64,000 bases of DNA from Takakia lepidozioides (Eukaryota; Plantae; Bryophyta), in contig CM060734.1 of NCBI GenBank assembly GCA_030704615.1, positions 31,434,001 to 31,498,000 of the forward strand, read 5' to 3'. How positions within the stretch are numbered: position 1 is the first letter of the stretch; each line of letters starts with the position of its first letter. Below are positions 10,201 through 22,200 of this stretch, piece after piece. A program made the translations under genes and the position numbers. The notes under the pieces were generated by a model. That model ran no database searches. It saw only the letters and a program-made list of their open reading frames with translations, and was not told the origin of the DNA.

Positions 10201-13200
10201 CCTCAGTCTTTGCCATTCCCTCGTCCTCACCTGTCTGGTTGTCCGCATCAGTACGTTGGAGCATTCGCCTGTGTTGTTTTTTCCTTCTCCTTTTGCGTTG
10301 TCCTATAAGCTCTTTGAGCTTCCCATGGAGTTTGTAGTTTCATTTCTTTATAAAGTACCATTTCATTTCATTTCATTTCTCCCTCCAAAAGTGAGTAAAT
10401 ATAAAGCGTCATTTCTGTCCTGAAATGCCTAGTGCTTAAGGCACTACATGTTCATGCAACACTTGAGCTCTGAGCGGTTCTGTGGTTTCTGCGATTCTTC
10501 TGTTGAGATTTTGAGCGTGGTTCTTTGTTGTTCTAATTATATCCATTGGGCCTCATATGTAATCTCTCTCTCTTTCTCTGTCACTCTCTTCTTCTTTCTG
10601 TCTTTAGGCTATGCAAACAACATCTTATGAGTACATTCTTTCTGTCTTTGGTGTGGAACCTTTATGGCAAAGCCCTCTGCTGCTTTGGTTTGTAGATACA
10701 CAAGAGGCTAAGGACCTATATAAGTTGCTCAAGGACTGTGCTGAGGAGGAGAACCCTACACAGGATGGTGTAAAAATTCAGGTGCGACACATTTTAAGGA
10801 CTTTCACTCTTTGACGAATGTGCTCATTTTTCTCTTCCCTTGTCATCGGTGCAGAAATCTGATATTTAGTGATTTGCTGGAGGTAAGTAATGTATCTGTT
10901 ATGAATTCAGTTAATGTCGTTTACTTTTTTCCATAGGAGAGAGAAATGACAAGAGAGTGTAATGTCCCTAAGTGTCCCTCCTTAAGCATGCTTTCCCCAC
11001 CTCCTTCCAGAGTCTTCTTAACCTCATCATGTTTAGAAGTTACCAACCTCTTGTAGGAAGGTTCTGACCTTCCATACTTCCGCTAGAAGCTTCTGCGCTT
11101 GCTGCCTTGAACCAGAAATTCCTAACGGTTAACAAACATGTCTGTTAGAGATTCATGTATATGCCAGCCTGTACATCTTTCACAGTGTGTGTTGAAAGCA
11201 CATGTAGATCGTGTTGACTGTCTTCTTTTGTGTTATTAGAAAGAAAGACATGAGGAAACTTATAATGTCCATGGAAAGCCCAAAGAGCCTATGGTTAAAA
11301 AAATCAGAAAAGGAGAAAGGAAAGGAAAATGTGGCCCCTTTTAACCAGTCACCACAACCAGCCACAACTCAATTTTGAGAGGAAGAACAGAAGCAAGAAA
11401 TGAAGGAACTTAATCACGTATAAGAGAAGCTCCAAGAGCTTTGGGACAAAGGAAAGTAGAAAACAAAATTTTGACGCCCCCAACAACCAGCCACCATTAT
11501 CAGAAAACTACGACTGATCTTTTAAGAGTCTCTTAAGTGGAGAGCCTCATGTAGATATGCTGCAAGTAATCTCTGATCCTCATAATGGAACAATTTCCCG
11601 CTCAAACTGGGCGCGGGGTCAATGGCCACAAGGCTACGGCAAACAACGTCTTATGAGTACAATCTGATCCTCATAATGGAACACCTCTGTAAAGGATTGG
11701 TTGTCTAAAGAAAGGACTTTAATAACGGCCACAGCGAGAACGTCCCGGAGATGGGCAAATTCGCACCAGAATTCTGACACGCTCATTTTTGCATCTTCTA
11801 TGACCAAAGCTACATACTCCCTTATGTGTTGGGTGCTGATATCCATTACTGCAAGGAAGACAGAGCTATAGTTGGATGATGAGAATAAACTCATGAGAAG
11901 TTGTTTGCTGTAGCCCCCTGGAGTCCAGTGAGACAATTGGACAGAGTAGAACCAAATCCGTACCATCATGAGAAAGATTGAAACAATGTGAGACAGAAAC
12001 AGAAAAAGAAAGACATTTTTATAATGTCCACGGTGGGCAAGGGCAGATGGGTCAAGTGGAACATTAAGAGAAAATCACGTTATAAAGACTTGAAAGGTTA
12101 GCCAAGGAGAGACATGATAACAAGTATGCTATGACTCCCACCGCCTTGGTCATTTCAGTGTGGCTTACCTTTCTCAGAGTGTGGTCAGTCTGTTGTGATA
12201 GATGTACATTTTGTTGCGTGGATTTTTCTGGGATGTTGTCTGATGAGTGACCAAGAGAAGAGACGATATGAAAAATACCCAGTAGGGGCTATGGGATACA
12301 GTAGCACTGGTGAGAGGAACCTGGTGCAATGCCCCAAATGTGGCTTCAAGACAAGAGTGCCTTGCAATCTGGCCAAATCCATGGTATCTACAAGGACCCA
12401 GATTGATAGTCAACAGAGGGCCGTGAGGGCCAATGAGATTGTGTGTATGAGGGAGAATGTACTCATAAGACTCTCATTGTAGCCTTGTGGCCATAGAGGC
12501 CGTGCCCAGTTTGGGCAAGAATTGTTTGTGAGAGAGAAATGAAATGGTACTTAAAATGTCTGTGACCAAGAAAAGAGAGAGAGAAAAACTAACTTCCGAG
12601 CATGGAAGTTTGGTGCAGATTACCTACACTATTATGTTTTCTCTGGTGATATCGCTGATGTCGGATGCTTTGGGGGGAGTCCAAGAGATGGGCTCTGTCC
12701 TCGCACTTGATGCTGCTTTCCGCCGTGAGTTCCAACAGCTGGTGGGCTCTCTGTTTCGTGCGTACATCTTTGTGTTGGCCCCACTGCCTTCTTCCACTCT
12801 GTCTCTTCCACACGAGATTGAACTATGAGGATTATTTGTTTGCACTTGGGGAGTACACCTTGCATTGATCAATACTTATCTTACCTCACTGGCGATCATC
12901 CACTTTGTTGCTGGCATCTGCTTCTTGTGCAGGTAATGGATACACGGGACCTGAGTGTGGCCACAGAGGGCTTCACTGGGGTGATACGTCTGGTCTGGGC
13001 AGTCTACATAATGCTTACCAAGAGTGTTTCTGAGGTTACCCCTGCTGGTGCCCTCTTTGGGGATGATGCAAGCGCCTGTTCATGCCTGAATCGTGCATGT
13101 GAACATGATGTCTTTCAGTTTCTTACCACACGGGTTCTTAAGACTGCTGCTTTCCAGGTCTGAATTGCTCACCATTAAAATTTCCCGTAGGAACCTTGAC

Positions 13201-16200
13201 CCTCTTTGGCAGGTGCTGGAATGGACTTAGATTTTGAGATGTCATCTTGAGAAACTCAAATCAGTCATTGGATCATCAGAGTATTTCATGACTAACTGCT
13301 TTATGTGTGCAGAATGATGATGCGGAGCTAGTGTTCATGTACATTGCGTATCTTCATAAGCTGCTGACAAGCTTTCTTTCTCAACCTGTGGGACGGGACA
13401 AGGCAAGTGTTACCCAACCTGAAGCCTCACTTGGGTTCTCTTCTCCTTTCACAGAGATAGCCTTATAACAACAGAGAGATCATGTCTCTTGTCCGGTAAG
13501 TTGTTGCTGAAATCTAGAATGGAGTCAATAATCCAGTGCATGGATGTGAAGACTCCAAGCAGCTCAGAATAGGATTTTAGTTGTAGACTCACCCATTCTT
13601 TAATAAGAGGAAGCGACTTTGAGTGGCCACAGCAAGTAACTGTGCAACAATGGAGAAGATGCAACCCGTGTGCATTTTGTAAGCCACCAATAGGTCTTAG
13701 ATTGCCATCAAGTATGGAAGCTTATATGCCACAATGGGCATTTCAGGAAGACGAATCTTCAGTACATCCTGTAAGCCTGGCATTAAGAAAGGGAAGAAAT
13801 AGGTGAAGAGAGGGGCGGACTCCTTTTGGGCAATGTAGAAAGTTGACATCTGAAGTTGTTTCTGATCAGGTTAAACTTTTATAAGCTCAACAATTTCCCC
13901 AAGGATCTTGTTTATATAGAAGATAGTGCAGAATATTTGGTCTCTCTTATTGGTTCGTCTACTAGTAAAAGGTCGCTTTGCGATTTTGAAGATTCCAAGT
14001 TTCACGTACAGGTCAAGGAGCTAAAGGATTTGGCAATGATGGACTCATACGTTGTGGATACAAAGGATGCACTCTCAAATGGTGATAGTGGAGGACAATC
14101 TCAGGCCATGGACGTTCAAGCAAAGCCTTTCATCTCTCTCCTTACTCTTATAGGGGACGTTTATCAGGTACAAGGCAAGTTAGTGTGGTGGATCTGCACA
14201 GTTTGAGCTTTGGTCATCTGTGAAGCATGGTAGCTAGATTGTTTACAATACCTGGGATGGTGAGACAAAAAGGAAACTTTGTAATCTCCATGGGAAGCTC
14301 AGAGAGCTTATGGGACATGAATAAACATAACGAATAGAAGAAAATCAACAGAATCGCCCCTTTCCGCACAAAGTGGGTAAAGTTGAAACAAGGAAAGATC
14401 GAGTGGGAGGAAGGAAGGAAGGAAGGAAGGCAAAACTTGTATTCCGGGGTCATTGATTGTTAGCCCCTTAATGCTCATGAAAGACACACTGTTCATTCTC
14501 CTGCAATTTTTCCTGCCGTGAGTCATGTCATCCTATGGTGACATCAGAGGGATCAACGATTGATGATTGTCAAGACTGTCGACAATGTCTTTTTCCAGTG
14601 CCTCACTTGTCAGTGCTTCTGGAAACCGCTCGGAACAGATTCTAACTCTGTTAAACATGGCAGAGGATCAGCTTAACGGCTAATATCTAGAGAGTGTATC
14701 TTCAACTGTCGTGTGAAATGCAAAAGTGTGGGGTTCATGATTTGTTTTGGGGTGGGCTGTAGGTCGCGCCTGAGCTCATGCTCGATAATGAGGACCTTTG
14801 GAACTTTGTGCGATTTGCTGGGGAGGATCATTCGAGTTATCGTACTCTGGTTGCCTTCCTGAATATGCTCACTGCCTTAGTAAGTGGAAGTTTTCTGCAA
14901 CATCGTTTTTGTGTTTTTCTGCTGTTTGATGTTTTTTGTTTTAAAGCTGCAATGGTCCTGGTTTTGCAGAAGAATGGAAACGTTGGCTGCTATGCAGTGC
15001 TATCTTAACTGGTTGAATCAAATCTTGATACCCTGTTTGTTTGTGGAAAAACCTATGACTCAGGGGTATCCATGGGAGTTTACAGGCTTCGAATGAAGAA
15101 GGGGCAAAGAGGGTCTATCAACTACTACAAAACAAGACCATACGTACAGTTGGTTGGCAGACACTCTTCAATTCCTTGGTGGTCTATGAGCAAAGATTCA
15201 GGCAGTCTCTGCAAACTGCAGGATCCTTCCTCCCGTCCTTCCAGGAAGGGGATGCACGTGCCTTTGAAGCCTACCTCAAAGTTCTGAGAGAGGTATAAGC
15301 CGGGTTTTTGTCTTAAGAGTTTCTCCAACTATAGACAAGTGGATAGATATTTCTTCAGGTCAGTTTTGTTTTGCTAATTAGTGAGGTCTCTTCTGTGTCC
15401 ACCTGGTGTGGGCATTTTCGATGTGCCAGGTAATGGAAGCGGGTAATGAGATGGAGAGGTCGCAATGGTTTCTGGACATTGAACCTCTGTTCAAGCTTCT
15501 TCCCTACGAGAATGTGCCCCCTTATTTGAAGGTCAGGGAACTTCATTGCCTGTGGACATGCTAATTGTGGCACTTTTAAAGGCATAATCGTGTGCGTCAG
15601 TCAAGAATTCATCTGTGGGTTCTTTCTATGTGAAGACAGATTTCGATAACTTATTGACAAGCAATAGTTTGACAAGTAGTAAACCAAACCTGACCTACCC
15701 AGTTTAAGGACATTGTTAAATCCCATGAGAGAGTGAGTGAAGCACCAGATTACTCGGTCTTCCATACAGAGGATACATTCCATACACGCACAGATTGGAA
15801 CCAAAGAAAATCACATGCACAATATGTAGCATACTCTTCAGGAAAATCAATTGGTTTGGTGCTTCAATGTGAGGCATGATGAGATCGACCTATAGAATCA
15901 TGTTGTATGAGGAAGTATGTGGAAGAAGCCTGAACTCAAACTGTGACTGCTTTGATGCAGGGTGCTCTCAGGAATGCCATTTCCACCTTTGTTCCTATCT
16001 CAGCCGTCATGAAGGACAAAGTATGGAGCTTGTTGGATCAGTATGACTTGCCAGTGGTTGCAGCACCCCTTTTGACTGATGGCTCCTCGCAACAAATTCC
16101 GTCCCAGGTACAGCTCCCTTTCTTCACCTGATCAATCACTTCTATGAAGTGTTTTCCTGATATGTGTCCAATGGTGTATTTTGTGTCCTATTTGAGTTGT

Positions 16201-19200
16201 TGCTTGAACCAGGTTGAGCAGAGGAGGACAGAAGCTGTGCAAAGGCCTTTTTGCTGCACTTCTGGTTTGGGTGTCCTAACTAGTTAGCTACCTGTCTGAA
16301 CTGAAGTAAAAGAGAGTGATCAATAACTAACTCAATTAGATTCTGAGTGCAGGTCTATGACATGACCTTTGAATTGAACGAAGTGGAAGCAAGGCAGGAA
16401 GAGTACCCCTCGACGCTCTCGTATCTTAAGCTGCTTAACGTCCTCATTGTCAACGAGTCCGACACCTCTGACAAAGGCCGAAGGTATGATAACAGTGGAG
16501 GGATATTGATGAGGATTTCTACTTATATGAAGGTTATTGTTTTCAGCTCCTACAGTTGGGTAACTCAATCACTTTAAGGGACTGTCCTCAGGCTAGCACA
16601 TGCAGTCAAATCATTAGGGGTTGTCTGCTGGTCTGATAGTTCTGTGTATTGTTTGGATGGGATGGCGGGTAGATATATTGGCATTTTCCGGTTTGTACGG
16701 GACCAGGTATTTGCACCATATGCACAGAGAGCATATGCTGATCCGGTGGAGAAATGGGAGCTTGTTTCAGCTGCTCTTCGTCATTTTCAAACGTGAGGGT
16801 ACTACTCTCTCCTAGGCAATTACAAGTTTGATCCTTCTGACCCTTTGTAATGAACCATGGATGTCCGACTTCCGAGGAGTTGGCGGTATACCAGCCTTAT
16901 GTTGGCATGGACAGTGTCCTGCTTTACAGGTGGACAGTAAAGACAGTTGTCAATTTAAAAGCTGTTCAGAGGACAGCTATGCTACTGCAAAAGAAAAATG
17001 GTCCAAGGTCTACATGCCACTGTCTGATTCAGCTCAATACCGTTTTTGAATTACTGACAAAAGTTGAGGCCTACAGGATGCTAAATGTTTATCAGGTCAC
17101 AGAGGATGACATTCGGAACAGTGCGGATCACCTCCTTCCATCAGAAAATGGTCTTTCTGGAATGGGAGTTGTGGCTGGAGGAGCAGGAGGCATGGCACGT
17201 TTGCCAACCATTGAGATAATGAAGGTCTTCTTTCAACCTGTCTTAATGGAGGGTTTCAATTGTTGTGTTTGCTACTTGGTTGAGAAAAGCTTTACTGTGT
17301 CTGCTGCAGGTTGGCAGTATCTTCATCTGCCTACCCGCAGAGGGCCACATGATCACATTAAGGAACTACACGAGTATACCAGGAGAGGGAAATGGAGGGG
17401 TTACAGGTTGTCAAGTTGGAATCAAGGCCAGGATTGTCTGATTCAGTGCACAAATGATCAATAGATTTGGGTCACTAGAAATGGTTAGCATGACTTTTCG
17501 TTGATTTGCTGCACACAGGATCTTATGAGTGGCAAAGTCATTTACCGAAATGTGATGAGCATTCTTATGCTGGGTGTCGACACTGTTCTAGAGCAACGTA
17601 CGACCCAACTCTATGGCCCAGCTTTGGAGGATGCTGTTGCTCTCTGTCTCCAAATTATTCTTCTGGCCTTCACCAAGGATGGTGCCTTGGCAGAGGTTTG
17701 GCGCCCTATTTATCAGGCATGACACTGCAGACTGATACCCATTACACATTGGAGAATTAAGTTTACTTGATCTACTTGCAACTGGTGCTGCCTTTACTTA
17801 GTCGTGATATAATATCAATAATAATGTCAAACTGGAAGTCAACGTACTTTCGTTGAAGGACATTGGTTCTTTACAGGTTAGAATGTCGTGAGGAGTGCTT
17901 GCGGTGTTGTAGTTATGACGCCCTTGTTTGTGACTATCAAAGGGTCGACTACTTCATTCTGTAAGAGTAGCAACCTCTTTGCCTTTTAGGGTTAAGTCTG
18001 GAGCTTTTTCCTGTTCCATGTTCTTAAGAAGAGGGTGATTTGTTGCAGCCACTAGATGGTATACTCTCTCATGACATACGGCAAATCATTACACTCTTGG
18101 AGTATGTACGCTACGACGCCTTGCCACTCATCCAGCGGTGCTCTATCCAGATTATGAAGGTTCTCAGGTAGGACTTGACCCACTTGGTGTTTCAAAGTGT
18201 AATGACCCAGTCCCAGTCCTAGATTGGACTGGGACATTCAGGCTCAATTTCAAATACCAGGTTCTCTGTATGGCCTATGGATTCAACCATGTAGCTATGA
18301 AAACAACTGTCTGTGTCAAGTGGATGACACTATCAGCAGTGATTGTCCATTGATTCCTCACTAGCCTGAACTATTGTATTGTGACAAGTGCAGTGCACGA
18401 ATGCCGCAGTTGGTATCCATCATTGTAGAGGCGGGAGCTGCATCAAACTTGATAGAAGATTATGCTGCTTGCCTTGAAACGCGTATTGAGGAGCCTCAAC
18501 CTCCTGAGAATCCTGATGATGATATAGGCTCTTTAATTTTGCGGGTACTCTACCTTCCTTCTGCCTCCTTCTTTCTTTTGTTTTTTCCTTGTCTGTTATT
18601 CACAGGTTGCTTGCTGGTGGCAGAAGCTTCAGCCATGGGGACCTGAAGCGTTTAGCAGCATTTCTTGGTATTTCAGTTGTTGTTCTAGTATGTCCCATAG
18701 GGCCTCTTCTGTATGTAATGCCTCTTTTCTGTTCTATGTTGTCTCGTGTTTTTAGGGTTATAAAGCGGACGTTATAAAGTACCATTTCATTTCATTTCTT
18801 CCGTGCCTTTGGATGGGGGACCAACACCATCAGTACTTCTCTATGCTGATGATGTTGTTCTATTGGCACATCTCCTGTCTTTCTACAATGACGCCGTTGA
18901 ATCCTGGAAGACTTCTCTAAAGACTACGTGTTGCAGGTCAACCTAAACAAAACTAAGATCTATGGTTTTCAATGGCCATGCGGATCGGAGATTCCTCTTC
19001 AACCAGCAAGAGCTTGAAGTCATTAAATTATACTCAATACCTGGGGCTGGTTATCCACTCACCCAAATTCCGGTTTGCATCCATTGTTATGGATAGATTG
19101 ACGAAAGGCAAGGCTGCCTCCATACCCCTTCAGGCTGAGTGCAAACAGATACACCTGCTCCACCCCCCACCCAAAAGTGGCTCTTCGACTCGGTTGTCAC

Positions 19201-22200
19201 CCCTGCCACCACTTATGGCTGTGAGTACTGGGCACCTGGTGTCCCAGTTTCCTGGTTGGAAAAAAATCTAGAACCACTGCAATAGTCTTTCCTCCAAGGA
19301 ATGCTTGGAGCTAGAGGGACGACACCATCACAAATCCTATGTGCAGAGTTTGCTTGCGTCCCAGTTCAAACCAAGGCATCTTCTGGCTTACATTACAAGG
19401 TTACAAGCCCTTCCATCCAAAGGGTTGACAGCCCTAGCCCTCACAACATCTATCAGACTCAAAACCAGCTGGTTTCAAGCACTCTTGGTATGCTCGGCTG
19501 TCCTACTTGAGTGCAATGGACTGTCCATTGCTTCCCCCTACTGCCAATACGAAGGGGGTGGAAATTGCGTCCAAACAGGACTGTAATAGATGCTGCAGAC
19601 ATGGAAACCAGCCACTCTAACAACAAGACAGTAAAGGTTGCTCTTTTATTAAAACTAGCCATAAAATGTTGTCCAGAAACTGTGAAGTTCTTTTGAATCT
19701 CTGTTTGGCATGGTTGTTTTCTTGTGTGAGTGCAGCTTCTTCTGGGTAATCTAGTCCAGCCATCTGCAAATGTGACTCACCTTTTACTGAAGTTTGACGT
19801 CGACCAGCCTGTGGAGAGGACAGTGCTCCAGCCGAAGCGTCAGTTTAGGTGAGGTTCTGAGCCGAAGGTTTGTCCTGTTGCATTGATATCCATAATGCCT
19901 TTAGATATAGAGGCTCTCAGTTTGATAATGTACTCATAAGATGTTGTTTGCCGTAGCCTTGTGGCCAGAGGCTCTCAGTTTGATACATATCATGTATGAG
20001 AGGTATTGATGAATGGTTGAGAGGAATGTGGTCTTTGGTGTAACCAGAAAGTTGTTTTTGTCCTGCAGCTGCCTACGTGTGATATTGGATATGCTTGACA
20101 TGCTTGGAAGGCCAGAAGTCAATGCTGGCTTGTACGAACTTGGATTTCAGGTTAGGAGACACTTTCATACCTCTATCTTCCAAGCTTACAAGCTGTCAAG
20201 CACTCCTTCCTTTCTAAAACAGCATATCGATGGTCATCAGTCATTACATACCAGGGTAGCTCCTACTTTGATCCAGGCCTGGTTGATGGAGGTGTTCCTC
20301 AGTGTATGTTGTTTTTGGGTTTTGCAGAAGGTTTCTAGTGTTCCGGACATAGACCAGTATATCCAGACAGTGTTCTGAGGACTTCTTTCAGGAATTACAA
20401 TTAAAAATCAACCTCATATTGTCTGGCCAAAAAGGTGACTGAAGGCTGGAGAAGATACGATGATGCCTTTTGAGTGGTCGTGGAATGAGTGGAATTGGGC
20501 TATCAACACACTGAATTACTGACTTGCTATTGTGCTTGGAGTAATTGGATGCAGTTGGTGTATGAGCTTTGTGTTGACCCTGTCACTTGTGCTCCTATGG
20601 TGGAGCTTCTGCGAGGTGAAAAGTATGAATTTTTCTCGAAGGTGTATATTCTTCCTCTGGTTGAATCTGATATCCAAGTTTGGTTGTTGAAAGCTGGCTG
20701 ATGGTATGATGGGTACAAATCTCATGTTATTGACTAGTATATGCTATTTGTATAGTTTGTGGGTTTATATTTCTCTTTGTTATGTTTCTTTCTGTGTCTG
20801 GCCTCCTTAGCCTCCTTACTGTGAATGGCAGCACTTGGACACGTTTGTGTGTGAGCCTCTTCCCAAGCGGAGCATCAATCAGCCTCTGCGTGTGAGCAGC
20901 CTTCAACAGGTACTTCGTTTTATCACATCTTAGATTTGTATTGATATTGGGTCCAATAGAGTCCAACTCACCATCTAGTTCTGTATATGCAGAAATACTG
21001 GTCCTTGTGATTTATTGAAAATGGTTTTAGATGACAGACCAACCTTGAGACCTCGCCAACATACATGCTCCAAAGATGCAGGCGACTGTCTGTTGTTTGG
21101 TCCACTGTAGCAGCATGCAAGTTGTGTTATCGTTGATGGGCTAGTAAGAGGGAGAAGCACATCTGGCCACTGCTGTTAAATCAACCCTGCCGTCAACTAA
21201 TATGTGCAGAGAGCATGGCTGCTGAAGCTGGTTGCTCTGGAGCTCCATGTGGGTGACATGGACATTACCTCACATCGTGACAGCTGCCGGAGGCTTCTTG
21301 CTCGTCTGTTTCTTCGGGAGCCTTTTGGATGGGAGAGTGGGACACCCTCTGATCCTGGGCCGCCATGGCTCACTATGGTTCCCTCTGACAGCGGCCTGCA
21401 CAAGATCAAAGTAAGATGGCGGTCTATAATAGGTTTGTTTGTTAACCTGGTTAGGAACTTTCTCGACGCTTCCTCTTGCTTGTGCTTAACGCTTGCACAT
21501 GTAGGACATGTTGTTTTTAATTGATATCCTGGTGGTAATTCAGGTGCTGGAGCTTCTTGACATTGTTCAGTTCCAACTCCCCGAATCACACACTGAGGTT
21601 CCCCAGGAGTTACAAGCTTTGAGAGAGGAGCTAAAGGTTTGCCCCAAGAAATCTTTTGTTGTGTCAACAGATATGCCATTTATAGATCATTGTTCTACCA
21701 CAAGTTCACAGCATGTACTTTGCTAATTATGTTGGCTGCTGCTTCTATGGAGCTCTGCCTGGAGTTGCAAGTGGATAGGAGAATACCTTGTTTCTTCAGT
21801 GCATCGTCCCTGCAGGTAGATGACATTCTCGGCAATCCAGCTACAATCGAGCAAGGGGGTGTCTACCACCTTTCTGAACGAGGAGACCGGTTGATCGACC
21901 TCTCAGCCTTCAGGGACTTGCTTTGGCAGGTATTGTTTATTCAGATGTTGATTCCTGCAGGAGTGCTTTGGCCTCTGGAAGGAAAGGTGAGTCTGGGTTA
22001 TGCATACGGATGTAAGGGAGTTTTTCTTGGAAAGTGGGTTGGTCAAGAGTGGGTGTTTCTCTGATTATGGGTACTGGCATTTTTTGGCTCTACTCTCACT
22101 TTGTTGTCTAGTGCATATACAATGCCAGAATGCCCTGAAAGCACAAACTTTTACAGTTTGGGATTAGGCTTTTTGGCTAATACTGTTTGTTGTGGGTGTC

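Noticed and set aside
11645-11662. CTTATGAG in the family A end as a hammerhead ribozyme core
   Set aside because: The core needs CUGANGA plus a GAAA after stem II; neither is present.
12195-12482. Intronic ORF with CPKC..C as a zinc-finger gene
   Set aside because: Short, no recognisable domain, and its end overlaps a family A insertion.
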